Origin: Deltaproteobacteria bacterium
GTDB taxonomy: Bacteria; Desulfobacterota; Desulfomonilia; UBA1062
DNA: 64,000 nucleotides
Assembly: GCA_018434685.1 (NCBI GenBank)
Contig: JAHDOV010000003.1
Location: forward strand, 28,302 to 92,301
Reading direction: 5' to 3'
Shown: positions 29,114 through 36,721 of the stretch, piece after piece
How the letters are laid out: each line of letters starts with the position of its first letter
How positions within the stretch are numbered: position 1 is the stretch's first letter
Program-made: the position numbers and the translations under genes
The notes under the pieces: model-generated
Seen by the model: only the letters and a program-made list of their open reading frames with translations
Told to the model about the DNA's origin: nothing
The model's database searches: none

Positions 29114-30121
29114 ATGCCCCAGCTTGTACTGTACCAGAAATATTCCAGGAGCGAGGTGCTCGAGATATTCTCACCCGGGACACCCTTCATCCCGCAGAGG
29201 GGTGCATGGGGGCTCCATACGATCGTGGGGCTCCATGGCCGGCCGGGTGACTGGGTCTTTTTCACGACCCAGGAGCATACAGAGGGTTCATCCGAAGAAG
29301 GGATAACGAAAGACGGGGTCTTTACCTGGAAATCAAAGGCCGGCCAGGCCCTGAAAGACCCGCAGATACGGCAGTTCATCACCCATGACGAACTGCGCAA
29401 TACGATCTATCTCTTCTGCCGGCAGAAAAAGCAGGGGAGATACACCTACCTGGGCAGGCTGAAATATCTGCGGCATGACGCGTCGCGCGAGAAGCCGGTG
29501 TATATCCAGTGGCAGATCCTTGACTGGAATATATCCCAGAAAGAGTTGAACCGGTCCGGTCTGGTCCTGCAGGACGAGAGGCAGCCGGGAGACCATGAAC
29601 GCCTCCCCTTGAGAAGCATGCTCCGGGAGACACCCCCCCCGCTGAATCTGCTTGAGGACGGTATCACAGGCGATGCCTTTCGACGCACCAGGACACCGGA
29701 TTTTTCCGCTGAAGAGGTACTGGATACAGAGCTCGTTATTGCCGGAGAAAAGATCGTGATAGCCCATGAAAAGAGAGCGCTCATCCAGGCGGGCAGGGCC
29801 GATCTCGCCCACAAGGTGCGGCATGTCGCGGCAATAGAGGGTGAGCACGCCGGCTATGATATCGAGTCGTATACCGCAGAGGGGGCGGTGAAGTATATCG
29901 AGGTGAAGACTACCAGGGGAGGTGCCGAAGCCCCGTTCTACCTGAGAACCCACGAGCTGGAATTTGCCAGACAGCATGCCGGCGAGTACTACCTCTACCG
30001 GGTGTACGAGTATGACGAGGCCTTCAATGCCGGGAAGTTATACATCGTCACCGGAGATATCGAGGAGATTTTCCGCCTCACCCCGACAGGATACCGGGCT
30101 ACCCGCTCCAGACCTTCCTGA
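29114..30121 (+). CDS. DUF3883 (NOV C-terminal, PD-(D/E)xK nuclease-like) domain protein with uncharacterised N-terminal beta-rich domain
   Basis: The C-terminus GYDIESY...VKYIEVKTT...FYLRTHELEF...YYLYRVYEY matches the DUF3883 core with a D...E-x-K arrangement. Start set at the Met after the upstream gene's stop; the ORF track begins at 29036. Confidence 0.7.
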   Translation: MPQLVLYQKYSRSEVLEIFSPGTPFIPQRGAWGLHTIVGLHGRPGDWVFFTTQEHTEGSSEEGITKDGVFTWKSKAGQALKDPQIRQFITHDELRNTIYLFCRQKKQGRYTYLGRLKYLRHDASREKPVYIQWQILDWNISQKELNRSGLVLQDERQPGDHERLPLRSMLRETPPPLNLLEDGITGDAFRRTRTPDFSAEEVLDTELVIAGEKIVIAHEKRALIQAGRADLAHKVRHVAAIEGEHAGYDIESYTAEGAVKYIEVKTTRGGAEAPFYLRTHELEFARQHAGEYYLYRVYEYDEAFNAGKLYIVTGDIEEIFRLTPTGYRATRSRPS

Positions 30122-30379
30122 GATCTTTTCTGATAACCAACCACTTCAGTCTAAAGGCTTTTTTGATTATCGATTCACCAGTCCATTTATTCGTTAATAT
30201 TTTTCCCCATCCAGGCGATACGGTCACTATACGGGCCCGGCATGAGCCCGGGCGTGTTCTTTGACAATCGAAGAAAGAGAGCCATGTGTATTCTTTGAAC
30301 CCAGAGAATAGACATGGGTAAAAGAGTGACGGGTGCATAAGGGCCGACCAGGGGCGGATAATCAACCGCCCTGCCTTTA

Positions 30380-30450
30380 GCCAAACCACAGGCGACTGTG
30401 GGACGGAAAGCCACGGGTCTGCTTTTGCAGACAGCCGGGCCGCCTCCTCA
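30380..30450 (+). promoter_or_regulatory. c-di-GMP-I (GEMM) riboswitch-type aptamer, tandem copy 1
   Basis: GCCAAACC-ACAG-GCGA-CTGT-GGGACGGAAAGCCACGGG, then the hairpin GTCTGC-TTTT-GCAGAC. It aligns with the Vc2 aptamer core GGCAAACC-[GNRA hairpin]-GGGACGCAAAGCC.CGG. Confidence 0.65.
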
Positions 30451-30518
30451 GCCAAACCAGGGGCAACTCTGGGACGGAAAGTCACGGGTCCGCTTCAGGG
30501 CGGACGGCCGGGCTGCCT
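30451..30518 (+). promoter_or_regulatory. c-di-GMP-I (GEMM) riboswitch-type aptamer, tandem copy 2
   Basis: GCCAAACC-AGGG-GCAA-CTCT-GGGACGGAAAGTCACGGG, then GTCCGC-TTCAGG-GCGGAC. Confidence 0.65.
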
Positions 30519-30548
30519 GAGAAGGTTTCAACAGCAGCAAGGATTCAC

Positions 30549-30618
30549 GCCAAACCAGGGGTAACCCTGGGACGGAAAGCCACGGGTCCGCTTCAGCGCG
30601 GACAGCCGGGTTGCCTGG
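30549..30618 (+). promoter_or_regulatory. c-di-GMP-I (GEMM) riboswitch-type aptamer, tandem copy 3 (27 nt upstream of start codon region)
   Basis: GCCAAACC-AGGG-GTAA-CCCT-GGGACGGAAAGCCACGGG, then GTCCGC-TTCAGC-GCGGAC. The GNRA loops vary between copies (GCGA/GCAA/GTAA) while the stems co-vary. Confidence 0.65.
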
Positions 30619-30644
30619 AGAAACTGATCAGAAAGGAGTACCAG

Positions 30645-31139
30645 ATGAAAAGAAAAAGCCTATTGGCTGTGTTGTGCATAATCGGACTGCTCATGCTCCC
30701 TCATGCAAGTTTTGCAAAGCTCAGCACCCTGACTGAGGATCAGCTCGGAGAGGTTGTCGGTCAGGCCGGGATAGCCTTCAGCGTGACGAATCTCGGCATC
30801 AACATGGTCATGGATACGCTCAGCTACGGGGATCTCGACGGGCTGGGCGGCGATACACAGGCAGGCTTCCTGAGCCTGTGTGATGTTACCTACCGCGCAA
30901 GCATGAATTTCCCGACCCCGATGACCCTGGACGTCGTCACGATGGCGACCCGGTTGGGCACCGAGGTCTCGAGCCTCAACTTCCATCTGAACGACATGTC
31001 CATCGATATCGATGAATTCACTATCGGTGCCATCCGGATCGGGCCCGAGCCGGGAGCGGGACCGAGCCTGGGCAGTTTCGGCATCTACGACATGCACATG
31101 GATATTACCGGAGATGTACAGATATCAACAAGACCTTGA
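30645..31139 (+). CDS. Small secreted hypothetical protein (riboswitch-controlled)
   Basis: Signal peptide MKRKSLLAVLCIIGLLMLPHASFA. Conserved-looking LTEDQLGEVVGQAG block. 164 aa, Gly/Asp-rich. Confidence 0.55.
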   Translation: MKRKSLLAVLCIIGLLMLPHASFAKLSTLTEDQLGEVVGQAGIAFSVTNLGINMVMDTLSYGDLDGLGGDTQAGFLSLCDVTYRASMNFPTPMTLDVVTMATRLGTEVSSLNFHLNDMSIDIDEFTIGAIRIGPEPGAGPSLGSFGIYDMHMDITGDVQISTRP

Positions 31140-31203
31140 CCCTGTATCCGTTGCTCTTTTACCGGCCTTTCTTGCCGCCTCTTGTTCAGCCGCCGCCTCG
31201 GGA

Positions 31204-32004
31204 TTACTGACGGATGAGCCTGCAGGGCCTGGTCTCTTCGGGGGTGATCTCCACGTTTGCACGGACAGGATTGATGTCGATGCCCCCCCTGCGGGTGAAC
31301 AGGCAGGATACCGTGAGTCGTTGTGGGCGGCAGCGCTCCATGATATGGCGGTAGATCTGTTCACAGCACTGCTCGCCGAAGCCTTCGTGGTCCCGGTAGG
31401 AACAGATGTAACTCAGCAGAGCCTCATCCCGTATCTTTCTGCCTGCATAGTCTATGATCACGCTGCCCCAGTCGGGCTGATGGGTGATGGGACAGAAGGT
31501 GCGCAGCACATGGGAATAGAGCACCTCACGGGCCTGGTGCGTCCCGGTCGCGAGCAGCATGGGGTCGGGGAGTGCCGAGTGGATCTCGATATCCAGGGAA
31601 TCGATGCAGGTGCCTTCAGGAGAGGTGTGCCAGGGTATGGATGCCATCGCGGTCTCGTCGTAGACCACGACCGACAGCCAGGGGGTCTCCAAAATGCGTT
31701 CGAGATCGGCCATCAGGAGCCGGGAAAGCTCGCCTAGCGAACCGAACCTCCTGTTCGACAGTCCGTGCAGGTAGAGCTTTAAGGACTTCGATTCGACGAT
31801 ATTCCTGCTCTGCCGGGGATAGATCAGCTCGAGGATCCCGATACACGGTTTGCCTCTGGCAGTGAGCCATGCCAGCTCATACGAGCGCCACAGGTCGAAG
31901 CCGAACATGGGCAGGGCAGGCTCCGGCCGGGCAATGGGGAACAGGATGGAAGGGTCGTACCTGCTGGGAGACGGGGTCTGTTTTCCGAGAGGGATGTCAC
32001 TCAT
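31204..32004 (-). CDS. queF: NADPH-dependent 7-cyano-7-deazaguanine reductase (two-domain YqcD type)
   Basis: QueF motif E(S)KSLKLYL and the catalytic Cys region; ~270 aa bimodular type. Confidence 0.88.
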   Translation of the reverse strand: MSDIPLGKQTPSPSRYDPSILFPIARPEPALPMFGFDLWRSYELAWLTARGKPCIGILELIYPRQSRNIVESKSLKLYLHGLSNRRFGSLGELSRLLMADLERILETPWLSVVVYDETAMASIPWHTSPEGTCIDSLDIEIHSALPDPMLLATGTHQAREVLYSHVLRTFCPITHQPDWGSVIIDYAGRKIRDEALLSYICSYRDHEGFGEQCCEQIYRHIMERCRPQRLTVSCLFTRRGGIDINPVRANVEITPEETRPCRLIRQ

Positions 32005-32663
32005 GTCATATACTCCGTAGGGTCAAGTCCCCGGTCATGGTCCAGGGCAGCCTTTCTTTCGAGGCAGGTGGCACACCTGCCGCAGTGAAGATCCAGCCCC
32101 TTGTAGCAGGACCAGGTCGTGGAAAAGTCGAATCCCAGGTCCCTGCCGATCAGGGCGATGTCTTTTTTGCCGAGAGAACCGAAGGGGGCCTCGATGGTTA
32201 CCCCCGTGAACGTCCCTTCGCCGGCCGCCTTGGACATGGCCTGAGTAAATCCGGTCGTGCAGTCGGGATAGATGAGGTGGTCACCGCCGTGGGATGCGAT
32301 GAGCACGGTCTTGATCCCGTGATTTTCCGCATAGCCTGCGGCGATGGAGAGCATGATGCCGTTTCTGAAGGGAACGACGGTAGAGGAGATATTGTCCAGT
32401 TCGTAGGGGCCCTCGGGAATGTCCCCCCCGGAGAGCAGCAGAGAAGAGGAAAAGAGGGTATTGATAAAGGGCAGATCGATCCGGGTAAAGGCGGCCTCGT
32501 AGTGTGAGGCAAGGATCTGTGCCATGGAAAACTCTTTTTCCTGGTGCTTGGAGCCATAGTCGAAATACAGGCCGTGAATCGTGTCGAACCGGGCTCGAGC
32601 CCAGGCGAGTAGCACGCCCGAGTCCATGCCCCCGGATAACAGAATGACCGCATCGTTCATCAT
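32001..32663 (-). CDS. queC: 7-cyano-7-deazaguanine synthase
   Basis: PP-loop SGGMDS and the C-terminal Zn-binding CGRCATC. Confidence 0.92.
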   Translation of the reverse strand: MMNDAVILLSGGMDSGVLLAWARARFDTIHGLYFDYGSKHQEKEFSMAQILASHYEAAFTRIDLPFINTLFSSSLLLSGGDIPEGPYELDNISSTVVPFRNGIMLSIAAGYAENHGIKTVLIASHGGDHLIYPDCTTGFTQAMSKAAGEGTFTGVTIEAPFGSLGKKDIALIGRDLGFDFSTTWSCYKGLDLHCGRCATCLERKAALDHDRGLDPTEYMT

Positions 32664-33322
32664 ACACCTCGTCTGGAATCAAAGGTCAGGACATGGAGCC
32701 TGGGTGTCATTCGATACCCGTGATCCCTGCAGAAGCAGAAGAGCGGTTCCATGTGGCGCAACTGTTCCTCCCGGGTCGTTCCCAGGGGCATGACATAGAC
32801 CCGCTCTTTCGGAAGGGCATAAAGCCCGATGAAGCCTTCCATGGCCTCGAGGGAACCGGGGTCGTGTGCCACGAATTTATAGTAATCGGCCCTGCCGCGG
32901 TTGGCCGGGTCGAATCTCCAGGTGCCGTCGATACATTTGGGGCTGCAGACTATCAGTGCGTCGGGCATCAGGGGGAAGGGCACCTTTCCGCTCGTCTCGT
33001 ACTGGATTCGATACCCGCGCAGCACGAGTGAGGCGTGAAGATCCGCCAGGCCGTGGTCCCACTGCAGGAACGGCTCACCGCCGGTGACGACCACCTGCCT
33101 GCCCGGATACCCTTCCAGGGCATCGAGGATGTCTCGGGGCGACATCCGGGTGGATTCCTCCAGGGCGTAGGGGGTGTCGCACCAGGGGCAGTACGGCTCG
33201 ACACAGCCGCCCAGGCGGAGGAAGGTAGCCGGAATACCGAGCCAGGGACCTTCTCCCTGCAGGGAGTGGAAGATCTCCGTTACGTTCAGGGTGTTCTCTT
33301 TAAGAGGGGTACTGTCTTTCAT
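32660..33322 (-). CDS. queE: 7-carboxy-7-deazaguanine synthase (radical SAM)
   Basis: Cluster-binding motif GCVEPYCPWCDTPYA (CxxxCxxC variant) and QueE length. Confidence 0.88.
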   Translation of the reverse strand: MKDSTPLKENTLNVTEIFHSLQGEGPWLGIPATFLRLGGCVEPYCPWCDTPYALEESTRMSPRDILDALEGYPGRQVVVTGGEPFLQWDHGLADLHASLVLRGYRIQYETSGKVPFPLMPDALIVCSPKCIDGTWRFDPANRGRADYYKFVAHDPGSLEAMEGFIGLYALPKERVYVMPLGTTREEQLRHMEPLFCFCRDHGYRMTPRLHVLTFDSRRGV

Positions 33323-33488
33323 TCGGGCTCCATCTGTCTTCTATAAACAAATGAGGGATAATTTATAGCGCGGGATCCCGCTCGTCCGCGTGTACGACCC
33401 CAATATACCCATTGCTGCGGTTCGTCAAGCCCTGTGGGATTGCCAGGGCACCAGGTAGTCGGGCATGCAGAGATAGCCGTTTTCTTTA

Positions 33489-34220
33489 TTGGCCATTTCT
33501 GTTAAGGAACTAGAAACAATACGCTCCGGAGGGGTTGTTATGAAGATCATAGACGATGCCATGAAAAGAGGGGAAAAGACGCTCAGCGAATATGAATCGA
33601 AAAAGGTGCTGGATGCGTATTCCATACCGGTCACGAGGGAACTGGTAACAAAAGACCTGGCCGAGGCGATCCGGTTTGCCAATGAGATCGGGTATCCCGT
33701 GGCGCTGAAAGGGTCCTCGAGTACCTTGACGCACAAGACGGAACTGAACCTGATCGAACTCAACATAAAGGATGATGCAGGGCTTGAAAGGGCGTACAGG
33801 GCCCTGGAGGAACGGGGAGGAGACCAGCTCGACGGCATCCTCGTCCAGCAGATGATCAAGGGGGACAGAGAATTCGTTGCCGGGCTCATCCGTGACCCCC
33901 AGTTCGGTCCGTGCGTCATGTTCGGCCTGGGCGGGATCTTTACCGAGGTCCTCAAAGACGTGACCTTCCGGGTTGCTCCCCTGGAGAAGCGGGATGCCCT
34001 GGAGATGATGGACGAGATCAAGGCAAAAAAACTCCTGGACGAATTCAGGGGCAAGCCGGCCGTTAACCGGGATATCCTGGCAAATGCCCTCATCAATCTT
34101 GGCAGGATAGGGCTCGAGATCGACGAGGTCGCTGAAATCGATATCAATCCGCTCATTGTTCAGGGCGACACCCCCATTGCAGTGGATGCCCTGGTCGTGT
34201 TGAGGGATCGGCACAAGTAA
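33489..34220 (+). CDS. ATP-grasp domain protein (NDP-forming acyl-CoA synthetase beta-subunit-like)
   Basis: YPVALKG...ELNLIEL...ILVQQMI...EFVAGLIRDPQFGPCVMFGLGGIFTE matches ATP-grasp. The likely true start is the Met at 33540 after GGAGGGG. Confidence 0.7.
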   Translation: MAISVKELETIRSGGVVMKIIDDAMKRGEKTLSEYESKKVLDAYSIPVTRELVTKDLAEAIRFANEIGYPVALKGSSSTLTHKTELNLIELNIKDDAGLERAYRALEERGGDQLDGILVQQMIKGDREFVAGLIRDPQFGPCVMFGLGGIFTEVLKDVTFRVAPLEKRDALEMMDEIKAKKLLDEFRGKPAVNRDILANALINLGRIGLEIDEVAEIDINPLIVQGDTPIAVDALVVLRDRHK

Positions 34221-34223
34221 GCC

Positions 34224-35177
34224 TTGATGCTCAATCTGCCAACACCCGTGCTCGTCATGGCGCCCATGGTGGACCTGAGCCATGTGGCGTACCGGGAACT
34301 CATACGCAGCTTCGGCGGATGCGACCTCTTCTATTCCGAGATGCTCAATTCCCGGATTGTGCCCGTGGAAAACCCTGAAACATCGGTATACCTGAGGTGG
34401 GCGCACACCAACGACCTGATATTCCAGATCCTCGGCAGCGATCCTGAGAAGATGGAGCAGGCAGCCAGCAGGCTCGATACCTTTGATCCCTTCGGCATCG
34501 ACGTGAACATGGGGTGCTGGCTGAAAAAGGTCACGGTGCACGGCTGGGGGGCTGCCCTCATGAAGGATATGGACCGGGCAGGGCAGGTGATCTCGGCGGT
34601 GAGGAGGGCCACCGGGAGGCCGGTTTCCGTGAAGATGAGGATCGGCTACGCCCCGGACAGGCAGTATATGCTGGAGTTCGCCGGCATGCTTCAGGAGGCG
34701 GGGGCGGATTTCCTCGTGCTCCACGCACGGACCGTCCCGGACGGCTTGTCGAGAAAGGCCCGGTGGGAGTATATCGCCTCCCTCAAGGAGCATGTCTCGA
34801 TACCGGTTGTCGGCAACGGCGATGTCATGTGTGCGCAGGATGCCTGTGACATGGTGCGGCAGACCGGCTGTGACGGGGTGATGATCGGCAGGCAGGCGCT
34901 CATACATCCCTGGATCTTCCGCGATGTCAGGGCACTCATGGCAGGTCAGCCCCAGGGAGAAGCCCCGGGGCTCCAAGAGGTGCTCCATGCCCTGCTCGCT
35001 CTGCTGGAAACACATTTCCCCGCCGATGTGGCACTCAAGAGGTTCAAGACGGCACTGTTCTGGCTCGCGCAGAACCTCACCTTCGGGCATTACCTGACAA
35101 AGCTCGCCGGCAGGGCGCAGAGCATGGATGAGGTGAAGAAGAGCATAAAGGCTTGTTTTGAAAGTGGTATCTCATGA
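34224..35177 (+). CDS. tRNA-dihydrouridine synthase
   Basis: VLVMAPMVDLSHVAYRELIRSFG N-terminus, FMN TIM-barrel signatures (VSVKMRIG) and the catalytic Cys region. Confidence 0.88.
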   Translation: MMLNLPTPVLVMAPMVDLSHVAYRELIRSFGGCDLFYSEMLNSRIVPVENPETSVYLRWAHTNDLIFQILGSDPEKMEQAASRLDTFDPFGIDVNMGCWLKKVTVHGWGAALMKDMDRAGQVISAVRRATGRPVSVKMRIGYAPDRQYMLEFAGMLQEAGADFLVLHARTVPDGLSRKARWEYIASLKEHVSIPVVGNGDVMCAQDACDMVRQTGCDGVMIGRQALIHPWIFRDVRALMAGQPQGEAPGLQEVLHALLALLETHFPADVALKRFKTALFWLAQNLTFGHYLTKLAGRAQSMDEVKKSIKACFESGIS

Positions 35178-35282
35178 TAGTGGCTTGAACTTTTCAGCCG
35201 GAGACGGTATAGTGCGGAGGTCTGTATCTGATACGGACCCTGTAATGCTGTCTCGCGGAGAAGAACCCACAAGGAGCAAGGC

Positions 35283-36488
35283 ATGAAACAGATTGATCTC
35301 ATGAAGGAATTGCATGTTTCCTCGGATAAAAAGATTGTCCTCCTGGTCCTCGACGGACTGGGCGGTCTTCCCGGCAGCGAGGGAAAAACCGAGCTGGAGG
35401 CTGCCCGAACCCCGAATATGGACCGGCTGTCTCAGGACTCCATACTCGGGCTGTCGACCCCGATCGCGCCGGGGATTACCCCGGGAAGCGGCCCCGGTCA
35501 CCTCGGCCTCTTCGGGTATGACCCCCTCGAGTATCAGATCGGCAGGGGCGTTCTCGAGGCCCTGGGCATCGGATTGGAGCTGAACCCCAGGAGTCTGGCT
35601 GCGCGGGGCAATTTCTGCACGCTGGACCCGGCTACCGGCGTGATCACCGACCGGAGGGCTGGCCGTATCCCCACGGAGCAGTGTGCATCCCTGGTGGAAA
35701 AGCTCTCGGTCATTGAGATCCCCGGGGTGAATATCATCATCCGGCCGGTAAAAGACTACCGGTTCGCGCTGGTCCTCGAGGCCGACGGTCTCTTTGACGG
35801 ACTCACCGAGACCGACCCCCAGAAAACAGGGGTGAAGCCGCTTGCCGTCAAGGCGTTGAGCAGCGAGGCGGAAAAGAGCGCCGGTCTGCTCAACCAGTGG
35901 CTCGCCAAGGCCTTTGCAATCCTCAAGGATGAGCGGCCTGCCAACGGCTGCACCCTTCGGGGCATTGCCAAGGACCCCGGGCTGCCCTCCTATCGCGAGG
36001 TATACGGGCTCAATGCCTGTGCCATCGCGACGTATCCCATGTACAAGGGGCTCTCCCGCCTGGTGGGTATGGATGTCCTCAAGGCCGGCGACACGGTTGC
36101 CTCCGAGGTCGAGACCCTCAAGGCGAACTGGGGCAGCTACGACTTTTTCTTCTTCCATGTCAAGAAGACGGATTCTGCCGGAGAGGACGGGAATTTCGAG
36201 GCAAAGGTGAAGGTCATCGAAGAGACCGACGCCCTGCTCCCGCAGATCATGGCCCTCGATCCCGATGTGTTGATCATCTCGGGCGACCACTCCACCCCCT
36301 CGGTGATGAAAGGCCACTCCTGGCACGAGCTGCCGATCCTCCTGTATGCGAAGAACATCCGCAAGGACACGGTGACGAGCTTCGGCGAGGTCGCGTGCAT
36401 GCAGGGCGGGCTCGGGCATATACGGCACCTCGACATCATGCCCCTGGCCCTGGCCCATGCGGACAAGCTGACCAAGTACGGGGCATAG
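35283..36488 (+). CDS. apgM: 2,3-bisphosphoglycerate-independent phosphoglycerate mutase, archaeal type
   Basis: Metalloenzyme domain with VLLVLDGLGG N-terminal and ISGDHSTPS C-terminal motifs, characteristic of the ApgM family. Confidence 0.88.
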   Translation: MKQIDLMKELHVSSDKKIVLLVLDGLGGLPGSEGKTELEAARTPNMDRLSQDSILGLSTPIAPGITPGSGPGHLGLFGYDPLEYQIGRGVLEALGIGLELNPRSLAARGNFCTLDPATGVITDRRAGRIPTEQCASLVEKLSVIEIPGVNIIIRPVKDYRFALVLEADGLFDGLTETDPQKTGVKPLAVKALSSEAEKSAGLLNQWLAKAFAILKDERPANGCTLRGIAKDPGLPSYREVYGLNACAIATYPMYKGLSRLVGMDVLKAGDTVASEVETLKANWGSYDFFFFHVKKTDSAGEDGNFEAKVKVIEETDALLPQIMALDPDVLIISGDHSTPSVMKGHSWHELPILLYAKNIRKDTVTSFGEVACMQGGLGHIRHLDIMPLALAHADKLTKYGA

Positions 36489-36499
36489 AAGAGGAGAGC

Positions 36500-36721
36500 G
36501 TGAAGAGAGGGATTATCTCGGACTCCCAAGATATCAATGACTATAGCGATCCCTCGTGCGTGGATCTGCTGGTCTACGGTCATACCCACAGGAAACATGC
36601 CGAGGTTCGTGGTGGCATGCTCGTCCTCAATTCGGGAACGCCCTCGGGAATCCTCTCCGATGGCAGAACCTTTGCCATGTATGACACTGAAACTAGAAAG
36701 GCGGTAATCAGTGAACTCTAG
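36500..36721 (+). pseudogene. C-terminal remnant (~73 aa) of a YfcE-like calcineurin-type metallophosphoesterase
   Basis: DLLVYGHTHRKHAEVRGGMLVLNSGTP matches the MPP GHTH...GNPGS C-terminal blocks. The N-terminal metal-binding motifs (DxH, GDxxD, GNH[DE]) are absent. GTG after GAGGAG. Confidence 0.5.

Noticed and set aside
30380-30618. Tandem ~70-85-bp repeats initially resembled a short CRISPR-like or VNTR array
   Set aside because: Units are longer and less identical than CRISPR repeats, with no unique spacers of regular size and no cas genes. Each unit matches the GEMM riboswitch core and folds into the expected two hairpins, so they are tandem aptamers.
33323-33488. Possible preQ1 riboswitch in the leader of queE-queC-queF
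   Set aside because: The reverse-complement leader has a CCCUC element but no downstream A-rich UAAAAAACUA tail and no convincing pseudoknot-forming hairpin. Not supported without cmsearch.
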